This document shows, piece after piece, positions 40,418 through 48,773 of a DNA stretch of 64,000 nucleotides; the first letter of the stretch is position 1, and each line of letters begins with the position of its first letter. A program made the position numbers and the translations under genes. The notes under the pieces are model-generated. The model had not been told where the DNA came from, searched no databases, and was given only the letters and a program-made list of their open reading frames with translations. Origin of the DNA: an uncultured virus (IMG/VR IMGVR_UViG_3300032050_000089) (taxonomy: Duplodnaviria; Heunggongvirae; Uroviricota; Caudoviricetes). Where the stretch lies: IMG/VR virus record IMGVR_UViG_3300032050_000089. One strand, given 5' to 3'.

Positions 40418-40855
40418 ATGCCGTATAAAACAAAAATTTTGCTTTCCAATCCCCATAAATACATGGGTGGAACTACGCATGTTTATACGAAATCCTTGTG
40501 GGAAAGAAAGTTTTGTAAATATCTAGACGAGACTGCAACCGTCAAGAAGTGGGGATATGAAAAAATAAAAATTCCATATCTTTCTCCAATTGACAAAAAA
40601 GTACATACTTATTATCCAGACTTCATAATTCTAACAGAAGAAAATGGTAAAGAACAAGTCTTTATAATAGAAGTCAAGCCAGTCAAACAAACAAAAAGTC
40701 CCGAAAAGAAAAAAAAGGCTACAAAAACTTATATGGAAGCAAAGATTCAATATTTAGTTAACGAAGCCAAATGGAATGCTACTAAGGTTTTATGTGAAAA
40801 AAATAATTGGAAGTTCAAAATTTTAACAGAAAAGACGCTATTCAATGCAAATTAA
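40418..40855 (+). CDS. gp4: Head completion nuclease
   Basis: NP.KY.G, SLWERKFC.YLD, IPYLSP.D...H.YYPDF, IEVKP.KQT, VNEAKW; start MPYKTK. Confidence 0.93.
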   Translation: MPYKTKILLSNPHKYMGGTTHVYTKSLWERKFCKYLDETATVKKWGYEKIKIPYLSPIDKKVHTYYPDFIILTEENGKEQVFIIEVKPVKQTKSPEKKKKATKTYMEAKIQYLVNEAKWNATKVLCEKNNWKFKILTEKTLFNAN

Positions 40856-41417
40856 CAGCTCAATTAATTACATAAAAAATAAGGTAGAAACTTATGGACT
40901 TCAGAGAAGCAATCGCTTTGAAGTAAGCATTACAAGAAACGGCCAAGAAGTCGCCAATTCCATTCCGATATTTTCTGTTCAATTCCCAAACAAATCAGTA
41001 GGTGTTATTGGTGATTTTACTACTGGACCAAACATTGGTAGAAATGTTCCAATCAACTTTGACTATGATAAAACAAGTTCATTGTTGATGACTATGGCCA
41101 TTGATGCTAAGTGGACTAATTACAAAGCCATTAATGACTGGGTCGAAGATATCGTCAATGATGGATCTAAGCTAAATGGAAGCGGTACTGGATTTGCGGG
41201 TAATCGATATACCTATGTAAATGATTATACATCTATTTTGGGTCAGGTTATAGTAGCCACTCTAAACTTACAAGATAAAATATCATCAACTTTTATATTT
41301 TCAGAGGCTTATCCAATCGGCATTTTCCCACTACAATTCGGAGAAACAGAAAAAAATGCTGTTATGTTTGCAACGGTAGAATTTAATTTTAGAACTTATA
41401 CATTTAAAAATAATTGA
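40845..41417 (+). CDS. Tail-tube initiator (gp54-like, tube fold)
   Basis: GLQRSNRFEV, W...IV, Y..DY, EAYPI.I. Confidence 0.65.
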   Translation: MQINSSINYIKNKVETYGLQRSNRFEVSITRNGQEVANSIPIFSVQFPNKSVGVIGDFTTGPNIGRNVPINFDYDKTSSLLMTMAIDAKWTNYKAINDWVEDIVNDGSKLNGSGTGFAGNRYTYVNDYTSILGQVIVATLNLQDKISSTFIFSEAYPIGIFPLQFGETEKNAVMFATVEFNFRTYTFKNN

Positions 41418-41424
41418 GGAATAT

Positions 41425-42096
41425 ATGTCATATTTTGAAAAAAGATTACCAAAGTACAAAGCAAAATTACTAAATGGCAAAGAACAATATTTTAGACCGT
41501 TCTTAGTAAAAGATGAAAAAAATCTTGCGATCATAAAAGAAGAATCCAGAAATGATCTAGTAATCAAAACTGTGATGGATTTAATTAATGATTGTTATGA
41601 TATGCCACTTAGTCCTAAAGCTGAACTCGCTTTAGTGGAACAATGCTTTTTATTTCTAAGAGCAAAGTCAATGGGGGAACAATTAGATCTGGAAATAACT
41701 TGCCCAACTACTCAGGAAAAGCATAAGATTAGTCTAAATGTTTTAGATCATAAGATAAGTCTCATTGAAGGCAAGACTTTAATGATTGGTAATGGAGAAG
41801 TAGTTACCTTTGAAAGTATTAAAGCCAAAGATTGTATCTCTTCAGAGCTTACAGTCGAAGAAAAGGTTGCTTTACATATTAAATCATTTGAAAAACAAGA
41901 TGAGTATTTCATTATGGATAATCTTCCTCTTGAGGAAAGAGTTGAAGTTCTTAAGAATTTAAAAATCGATGAATACAATAAAATAAAGGATTTTATAGAA
42001 AACAATCCAGAAATTTATTTTGAAGTTGGCTATACAACTTCTGACGGAGTTTCAAGAACAGCAATTATTGGAGAACATCTGCGTTTTTTTTCTTAA
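41425..42096 (+). CDS. gp26: Baseplate hub assembly protein
   Basis: LPKY, FRPFLVKDEK.L, FL.LRAKS.GE, CP, ends ..RFFS. Confidence 0.88.
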   Translation: MSYFEKRLPKYKAKLLNGKEQYFRPFLVKDEKNLAIIKEESRNDLVIKTVMDLINDCYDMPLSPKAELALVEQCFLFLRAKSMGEQLDLEITCPTTQEKHKISLNVLDHKISLIEGKTLMIGNGEVVTFESIKAKDCISSELTVEEKVALHIKSFEKQDEYFIMDNLPLEERVEVLKNLKIDEYNKIKDFIENNPEIYFEVGYTTSDGVSRTAIIGEHLRFFS

Positions 42097-42290
42097 TTCT
42101 CGATAGTGAAAATTTAGTAGATAAGTATGTAAAATTTTTCAATCTTATCTACAAGCATGATCTTCCGCTATCCGAGATTGAAAGAATGATTCCGTGGGAA
42201 CTTGACGTTTTCATATCACAGATCAAAGCATATCAGACAGAGAAAAAACTTAAAGCAGCATCAGCAAAAGGATATAACGAATTATCATGA
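42084..42290 (+). CDS. gp51: gp51-like hub assembly catalyst frame, no start codon (probable -1 frameshift product of gp26)
   Basis: Hand translation FLILDSENLVDKYVKFFNLIYKHDLPLSEIERMIPWELDVFISQIKAYQTEKKLKAASAKGYNELS*; matches the gp51 L.E.E.MIPWE.D motif; absent from the ORF track. Confidence 0.8.
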   Translation, partial: FFFLILDSENLVDKYVKFFNLIYKHDLPLSEIERMIPWELDVFISQIKAYQTEKKLKAASAKGYNELS

Positions 42291-43054
42291 ACGAAGAACC
42301 TAAGCCAACCAACTTCTTTAAAATGATGCTCACCGAGACATCTTCAAAGCCAGAAGATGACACCAATCTATTGGAAAAGGAAAAGGAGCAACTATTAGAA
42401 GATCTTGATAATAAAAAAATTACTCAAGAGGCTTATGATAAAAGACTTCAGGAGATAGAAACTGAACTCTCAAATAAAAAATCTAGCTACAAGACTGAAG
42501 CCGAACCAGTAAAGACTACTAATGATGTTACTGGTGAAAAAAATGAAAATGAAGAAGCATCAAATGAAAAGGTAACTGAAGTTGTACCAAAAGAAATTGA
42601 AGAAAAAACTCCACCTCCTCCAAAGATCAAAGAAGCTAAAGTAAAAACTAAGGAGAAGGAACTATCGGTACAAGAAAAGAAAGAGCGTCAGGCTGAAAGA
42701 AATATGCCTGAGCAAGACAAGATCAAGGTTGAAACTAGATCTGAACAGCTTTCAATTTACGAGCAAAAGGAAGATCTTGAAGAAGTCGTTATGCAGAAAA
42801 TTCAGGAATTGAAAACAATTCAATCCGGAAATCCTATTAAGATCAATCAAGAAAAATTTGATCCACAACAATTTATTTCAGACAAATCAGAGGCTGCATC
42901 AGCACCCTCAATTCCAGCCGTTCTTGGTCAAAGACCAATTCAACCAAACCGCAATGAACAATCAACCCGGAGCCTCAATAGTATTGGCGACTCCGGGTTG
43001 ATATTGCAGATGCAGAAAGTTCTTGACGTTAGTTGGAGAACTTTAAGTTATTAA
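42287..43054 (+). CDS. Charged low-complexity protein in the tape-measure position
   Basis: E/K-rich 255 aa; ATGA overlap with the gp51-frame stop. Confidence 0.6.
   Translation: MNEEPKPTNFFKMMLTETSSKPEDDTNLLEKEKEQLLEDLDNKKITQEAYDKRLQEIETELSNKKSSYKTEAEPVKTTNDVTGEKNENEEASNEKVTEVVPKEIEEKTPPPPKIKEAKVKTKEKELSVQEKKERQAERNMPEQDKIKVETRSEQLSIYEQKEDLEEVVMQKIQELKTIQSGNPIKINQEKFDPQQFISDKSEAASAPSIPAVLGQRPIQPNRNEQSTRSLNSIGDSGLILQMQKVLDVSWRTLSY
42961..43002 (-). terminator. Strong hairpin inside a CDS, downstream of convergent gp32
   Basis: ATCAACCCGGAG ... CTCCGGGTTGAT 12-bp perfect inverted repeat. Confidence 0.5.
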
Positions 43055-43917
43055 TTTTCCCGAGACAGACGTTCGAAGTATGCCATCGCATCCTCTGAAT
43101 CTGAAGGACCAGACCGCTTAGGAGTTGATGGGGTATCTTCATCCTCAATAGTCTTTGACTGAGCACCGATGTCACGAAGGTCCCCACCAAGAACATCATT
43201 CATCTTCTTCTTGAGGTCTTCGTAAGTCTTGAACTCAGTCGGATTGACAAACTCATTAAGCTTGTTTAGATTCTTCCAAAGCGATTCAAGCTTTTCATCG
43301 TCACCGCGATAGAGTTCTGACTGAGAATCAAACTCAGACTTATCGTAATTGATGAATCCAGCAACCTTACGAATCTTCAACTTGAAGTTAGCACCCTTCC
43401 AGAAGTCGAATGGGTTGATGGCTTCCTCATCCTTGAACTGGGGCTGCATGGACTCCTGAATCTTACCAAAGATCTTGGTGCCATACTTATAGAGGAACAT
43501 CTTACCATCGTTGGCTGGGTTGGCTGGGTCGCTAACAACTAGGATGTTTGAGATGTAAGAAAGCTTGCGCTTACGATTACGAGCGATATCCTTGTCCTTT
43601 TCGATACCGCTGTTCCAGAGTTCGCTGTTGCCTTCGCAGATTGGGCACTTCTGACCAATCGTGGTTGGGCAATTCTCAATGAGCCAGCCACCCTTGCCTT
43701 GGAAGGCATGTGAGTAAACCTTAGCCCATGGAATGTCTTCTCCGGGAGCAGCAGGGAGGAAGCGAATAACGGCATAGCCATTACCAGCCTTATCGACTTC
43801 TGGCTTCCAGAATCGATCATCCTTGTAGGATGCTTCCTTGTTTAGATCCTCAATCTTCTTGGTTAGATCTTCGATGCTTGACTTAGAACGCTTTTTGAAA
43901 TCACTGAAATTTGACAT
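43051..43917 (-). CDS. gp32: Single-stranded DNA-binding protein
   Basis: DDRFWKPEVDK.GNGYAVIRFLP, IENC.TT.G..CP.C, FDFWKGANFKLKIRKV. Confidence 0.98.
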   Translation of the reverse strand: MSNFSDFKKRSKSSIEDLTKKIEDLNKEASYKDDRFWKPEVDKAGNGYAVIRFLPAAPGEDIPWAKVYSHAFQGKGGWLIENCPTTIGQKCPICEGNSELWNSGIEKDKDIARNRKRKLSYISNILVVSDPANPANDGKMFLYKYGTKIFGKIQESMQPQFKDEEAINPFDFWKGANFKLKIRKVAGFINYDKSEFDSQSELYRGDDEKLESLWKNLNKLNEFVNPTEFKTYEDLKKKMNDVLGGDLRDIGAQSKTIEDEDTPSTPKRSGPSDSEDAMAYFERLSREN

Positions 43918-43976
43918 ATAAAACCTTTCCCCAAGGGACTACCTTGGCCTAATGAGAGTATGATACAGTAAAGAAT

Positions 43977-44204
43977 TTAAAAAGGAAGTCTAGACTTGTT
44001 GTTTTTAACAAGATTTAGTTCCTTGCCTTCAGCCGAAAGCTTTTCGATTATCGGTTTAGAAATCAGCTTTGCAGCTGCTTCCGGTTCGATATTATATTCT
44101 TGTGCTGTGTTAAGAACAGCATCCAAATAGCTTGAATTGTGTTTAAGCACATAATCTTCCACTTTTTTGGAAAATTCATTTTTGTGTGAGATGTCTATGA
44201 GCAT
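43977..44204 (-). CDS. gp33: Late transcription co-activator
   Basis: YLDAV, IEPE...KLISKPI.EKL..E...LNL...LP; precedes gp32. Confidence 0.88.
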   Translation of the reverse strand: MLIDISHKNEFSKKVEDYVLKHNSSYLDAVLNTAQEYNIEPEAAAKLISKPIIEKLSAEGKELNLVKNNKSRLPF

Positions 44205-44239
44205 TATATAACCTATATATTACTGAAACTGGAGATAAA

Positions 44240-45304
44240 ATGGCAGCTGATACTGACGACAATGTAACTATTGTAGCATCTGGAGGAAATACTGCAAGCA
44301 TCGCCACGGATTATGGCACTACCGGGGACGCTGGCACATTCCTCACCCACCATGTTCAAGTAAATAAAATTGCATGGGGAAGTGATACTACAACTAATAG
44401 AGTGAGTGCTACAAGTCCACTTCCCGTTTCTCTATACGGAATTACAGGTGGACTTACTTTAAATGCAATATCAAACGCCTATGTCAGAAATGTTTCTGGC
44501 ACATATCTTGAAGTTGCTGGTATTTCTGGAGCCGCAGTTTCAGTTACTGATTCTGGGGCAAACACCAAGCTAACAACCATTTCAAATTCTCTTAATACAG
44601 GATCTGGTACTACATTTGGTGTTCTAGTAAATACTCTTGCCGATACCTTCACTACGGGTGGAGGTGGTTACGTTCAGTCAGCCAGTGTTGCTTTTCCGAT
44701 ATTTTCGAGGATAATTGGCGGTAATACCACCGCCTCCGCATCGATTGACACAAGCACTGGTGTGAATGCCCTTTACGTTTCGTTGGCTGGAGGATCCTTC
44801 AGCATCACCGCAAACTTAGCATCTACGGTTGCGGTTATCAACGACGTTTCATCACCCCTTAAGATTCAAGGTTATACGGGTGGAAATCCAGTAATTGTAA
44901 CTGGAACAACCATTGAATCTACACTATCCACGATAAGCACAAATGCCGCATATCTTGGAAATACTATAAACACAAATGTAGCTAATATTTCATCTTATCT
45001 TTCTGGTGGTACAGGAAAGATCAAGACCATGCCTGAGTTGGTATCCACAGTATCAACGGGTTCCTTGGCTACTACAACTTCCTTCCAAAGACTTACCTCA
45101 ATCACAAGTATCGGGGTAACCTATGGAGTACAAATTAAGTCAGCCGCGTCAAATAGATACTCAGTCTATGTCACTGGCAATACGGGAGCAACTGGATTCC
45201 AGATGGATCCCGGTGAAAAGCTTTTCATCGAAATATCAAACCCATATAATCTTTTCGTAAAATCTGACACAGCTACAACTACCGTATATTACCTAGCATA
45301 CTAA
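44240..45304 (+). CDS. Probable virion structural protein (Thr/Gly/Ser-rich)
   Basis: IATD...H.Q..KIAWG......VS...PLPV N-terminus; GGAG SD; many G-x-T motifs. Confidence 0.6.
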   Translation: MAADTDDNVTIVASGGNTASIATDYGTTGDAGTFLTHHVQVNKIAWGSDTTTNRVSATSPLPVSLYGITGGLTLNAISNAYVRNVSGTYLEVAGISGAAVSVTDSGANTKLTTISNSLNTGSGTTFGVLVNTLADTFTTGGGGYVQSASVAFPIFSRIIGGNTTASASIDTSTGVNALYVSLAGGSFSITANLASTVAVINDVSSPLKIQGYTGGNPVIVTGTTIESTLSTISTNAAYLGNTINTNVANISSYLSGGTGKIKTMPELVSTVSTGSLATTTSFQRLTSITSIGVTYGVQIKSAASNRYSVYVTGNTGATGFQMDPGEKLFIEISNPYNLFVKSDTATTTVYYLAY

Positions 45305-45307
45305 AAA

Positions 45308-46537
45308 ATGCATTTTTCATCTCCCTCAAGTTATGCCTTCGTGGAAGTGCGTGGTGCTACCCTATACGGCATCCAACTTTTACAATCAGATGAGTATAGC
45401 TTGTATAATAAACGGCTCAAATGTAGCCCTCAGTTTGTTTATTTTGACAGCTTCAATAAAGTTTTAATTGACTATAACGAATGTCTTCAAGATAGTGATT
45501 TCGAAGAACTTAGTCTATTCTTCGGAGGATTGACTGCTGGTTATACATTTACAATTTCGGGTGCTGATTACTTAGATGAGGCAGAAATAATTGATGCTAA
45601 TCTTGGTGGAACATACACCTTTGATTCTTATGTAAATAATATTGTAATTGCCAATGTAGTTACCATTGAAGATATTGATAATCAAATAACGAAATATAAT
45701 AGAGATTATTTTTTACAACCTCCGCAATTCAATCGCATTTCAGGATTATCGGGTACGACTTACAACGTCATAAAAAATGTTCTGGGAAGAGAACTTCTCA
45801 ATAATCTTGGTTTATATTACGGGGATTTTGTCAGCATTGATGGCTCAACTCTAAATCCCGGATACATCGGCGTATCCTATGTAAAAACTCTTGACAACGG
45901 GGAAGAACTTCTGTTCTTAACAGATTCTGTTATTAATGAAAGTTATATCGGAGAACAGCTACAGTTTAAAGTATTCATGCGTGGCGTTAATGATCTTTCA
46001 AAATCATCTGATGCCACAGAAACTGGATCTTCCAAGCTTTACGATAGCGAAGGCACTTTCCTTGAATGTTTTGAAAATCAAACCGAACTACAATCTTATT
46101 TGAGACAATTCAAATATCCAGCTGCATATACAGAAGATGTATTCTCTGTCGGTGGCTCATGTGACACCGGATCAGCTTTAGCTACTAATGTAGTTTTGGG
46201 AACCAATTTTGATCAGATTTATAAGATAAGTGTAAGTGGTATTGGAATAATTTACGCAAATAATTTAACCAATTTCCCCACTCTAAGACGAAATATAATT
46301 TACAAATTTGATACATCTCACTCAAGTAATTATGGATACTCTTTAGTATTTGAATCTTTAACTTTAGATACTACTGAACAAGCTTTAATAAATTCAAATA
46401 CATCATATTATGGAGTTCCGGGTAAAAATGGCTCTTTTGTAATTTTAAATACGACATCCACATTCCCAGATAAAATTACTGTGAGACATTCAACCGACGC
46501 AGTTGCCTCAAGAAAAACCATAAATATAACGAACTAA
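45308..46537 (+). CDS. Hypothetical, probable structural protein
   Basis: C-terminal PTL.R...YKFD.SHSSN..Y.L.F...G.PG motif resembling phage fibre/decoration domains. Confidence 0.55.
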   Translation: MHFSSPSSYAFVEVRGATLYGIQLLQSDEYSLYNKRLKCSPQFVYFDSFNKVLIDYNECLQDSDFEELSLFFGGLTAGYTFTISGADYLDEAEIIDANLGGTYTFDSYVNNIVIANVVTIEDIDNQITKYNRDYFLQPPQFNRISGLSGTTYNVIKNVLGRELLNNLGLYYGDFVSIDGSTLNPGYIGVSYVKTLDNGEELLFLTDSVINESYIGEQLQFKVFMRGVNDLSKSSDATETGSSKLYDSEGTFLECFENQTELQSYLRQFKYPAAYTEDVFSVGGSCDTGSALATNVVLGTNFDQIYKISVSGIGIIYANNLTNFPTLRRNIIYKFDTSHSSNYGYSLVFESLTLDTTEQALINSNTSYYGVPGKNGSFVILNTTSTFPDKITVRHSTDAVASRKTINITN

Positions 46538-46538
46538 T

Positions 46539-46904
46539 ATGATAAACTTCAAAAAACATCCAAAAGGCTTTTACTATAAAACATTATCCGGGACTCAAGT
46601 AGAAACTGGATATCGGGATATTGTATTTTTACTTTCATATTTTGAAGAAACCGATACTTTACAAATTTCAACTGTCGATCCAAATCAACAGCACTTAAAC
46701 GAAAAAAATCTAGCTATTGCTTTAAGAGGGCTTTTGCATTTCGAAGTAATGTTGGCTCCCGAAAAGGTTTCAATCACTCTAAACAAGAATGATAATGATC
46801 TTGAAAAATTAATTATAGCCCATCATATGATTTTAGGATATGCTGCCAAAGAAACAAATATTAGTCAGTTCAATAAAACCATTTTTATGGATTATGCAAA
46901 ATGA
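46539..46904 (+). CDS. Hypothetical protein
   Basis: 121-aa ORF packed in the operon. Confidence 0.65.
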   Translation: MINFKKHPKGFYYKTLSGTQVETGYRDIVFLLSYFEETDTLQISTVDPNQQHLNEKNLAIALRGLLHFEVMLAPEKVSITLNKNDNDLEKLIIAHHMILGYAAKETNISQFNKTIFMDYAK

Positions 46905-47845
46905 ACTTTTCTGATAAGTATATTGTTGAACAAGAAGATTTTGATTATAGAAAACTTCTGATTCCTCAAGAACCAGAACCAGAATCAATTCCTTATAGTT
47001 CAGAAACAGAAGACGCAAGAGCAAAAGCTTTGCGTGATATGGGTATAGATCCATATAATGGAAAATTTACAGGCGTTCAAAAATCTCAAGAAAAATTATC
47101 GACAGTAGATGATTTAACTATTGGAAAATCTTCAGTAGATTTTATCGATATAATGGATTTCACTAAGGCTGATAAATTTGATCAGATATACAAATCATTA
47201 CAGGCTTCAGATGCCAATTCTCCTGCGTTGTTTAGAAAAAAGCAGGAAGAAAATTTTAAATCTGTAACTGGTTCTATAATTGGTCAATTATTATTCCAGT
47301 CTACTAAATCCTCTGTTGTTGATAAACTTTTGCCAGATAAAATAAAGCTTAAAAGCGGTGTTGAAATTCCTACAGCAAACATTAAAGGCTATTTAAAAAC
47401 TGCTGGAAGTTTCGGCGGCGGTGCTCTAGCTGGGTCTAAAGTATACGATTTAATTTTTGGAACTACTGATTATTCGCAAGCTGCATCAGAATTAAACGTA
47501 GCTAGCGGCCAAGAAGCTTTCGGTAAGTATAAAACAGGGGATGTAACTCCAGAAGTAAAAGATTTTGAGATGAAAACTCTACAGAATATTGCTGCTGGAC
47601 CAAACGATCCAATTAAAAATCTTTCTGTGGTTGAAAAAATATTTAAACAAGCACAGCCATTTAAAGAAACTGGTTCAGCAGAATCAGCAGCACCAGCTAA
47701 TTACTATACTCCTATTGATCTAAAAAATAGAGTTCCAGAAGGATTTGATTTTGCAGATCAATATAACCAATTCTTTGGAGGAGCACCCGTGACCCCAATC
47801 GGTGCTACTGGAGCTTCTAATGCCCCCGCCAAACCAACAACCTGA
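46901..47845 (+). CDS. Hypothetical protein, possible internal head protein
   Basis: N-terminus MNFSDKYIVE resembles T4 capsid-targeting leaders. Confidence 0.6.
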   Translation: MNFSDKYIVEQEDFDYRKLLIPQEPEPESIPYSSETEDARAKALRDMGIDPYNGKFTGVQKSQEKLSTVDDLTIGKSSVDFIDIMDFTKADKFDQIYKSLQASDANSPALFRKKQEENFKSVTGSIIGQLLFQSTKSSVVDKLLPDKIKLKSGVEIPTANIKGYLKTAGSFGGGALAGSKVYDLIFGTTDYSQAASELNVASGQEAFGKYKTGDVTPEVKDFEMKTLQNIAAGPNDPIKNLSVVEKIFKQAQPFKETGSAESAAPANYYTPIDLKNRVPEGFDFADQYNQFFGGAPVTPIGATGASNAPAKPTT

Positions 47846-48602
47846 TCCGTTTGATAAAGTAAAACCTATTACTGAAGGTCTAGATCTATCAGCAATCTTT
47901 GCCGATCAAAAAGAAAGCAAAGAAAAAGAAGAGGACGAAGAAGACCAATCCACTTTAGAAATAAAGTTGGAGCGATTAGATGGAGAAATTTTTAAAATTT
48001 CCCAGACAGATTCTGACTATGCACCATCAGACTCATTATCCATGGGTGAATTGATGGAAGCATTGGAAAAGTACATTTGCGTTGTAACATTCCGAAAAAT
48101 AACTAATGGGCAAACCAGAATCATGACATGCACCCGAAATACAAATCTGGGAAATGCGGGTCGAACTGGTAAAGCTAGATTCTTCGGAAAACTAAAAGTT
48201 CCTAGAGTAAACTCGCGGCTAAAATCATCAATCATTGAAAGCCCATACCCTAAGTCAGGTCTTATTACTGTCTTTGATATGGATCTTAGATTCTATAGAT
48301 CTTTCTATTATAAGACTATAGAGAGTATTGATGTTCAGGTAGATAAGACAGCCAAAGAGGAAAAGAAAAACGAGAGAATACTGAATATCGTGGACCTTAT
48401 AAATCGTGCCAAGGAAGAGGGAACACCATTTGGATTTATTCAAGAACAAACGCCTTTAAAAACAGAGGTGAAAGAAAATCCAATTGAGATAACAAATGCC
48501 GGATTGAAGGTCAGACGAAATAAAATAAAGGTAAACGAAAACTTAAAAGCAGAAGAAAACGTGATTAGAGTAGTGACAAAGGAAGATAATGAAAATACAT
48601 AG
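47820..48602 (+). CDS. WYL_2 (DUF2693)-like Sm-fold protein
   Basis: VVTFRK..G..R.M.CTRN ... VFD.D...YRSF motif. Confidence 0.7.
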   Translation: MPPPNQQPDPFDKVKPITEGLDLSAIFADQKESKEKEEDEEDQSTLEIKLERLDGEIFKISQTDSDYAPSDSLSMGELMEALEKYICVVTFRKITNGQTRIMTCTRNTNLGNAGRTGKARFFGKLKVPRVNSRLKSSIIESPYPKSGLITVFDMDLRFYRSFYYKTIESIDVQVDKTAKEEKKNERILNIVDLINRAKEEGTPFGFIQEQTPLKTEVKENPIEITNAGLKVRRNKIKVNENLKAEENVIRVVTKEDNENT

Positions 48603-48605
48603 TAT

Positions 48606-48773
48606 ATGGACAAGCAAGAATTAAAAGAATCTCTTCTGACATTAATCAAAAAAGCGCATTCTTGCATTGATACATACGAAGACTATCTCCTAGAAACAAA
48701 AGATTGGCGTGCGCTTGCCAATGAAATGAAGACTCTACGAGATACGATTGAAAAAATTGAAGCTGAACTATGA
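48606..48773 (+). CDS. Small hypothetical protein (55 aa, MDKQELKESLL...)
   Basis: Hand-translated; AATACATA box 4 nt upstream; ATGA overlap with the next gene. Confidence 0.65.
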   Translation: MDKQELKESLLTLIKKAHSCIDTYEDYLLETKDWRALANEMKTLRDTIEKIEAEL

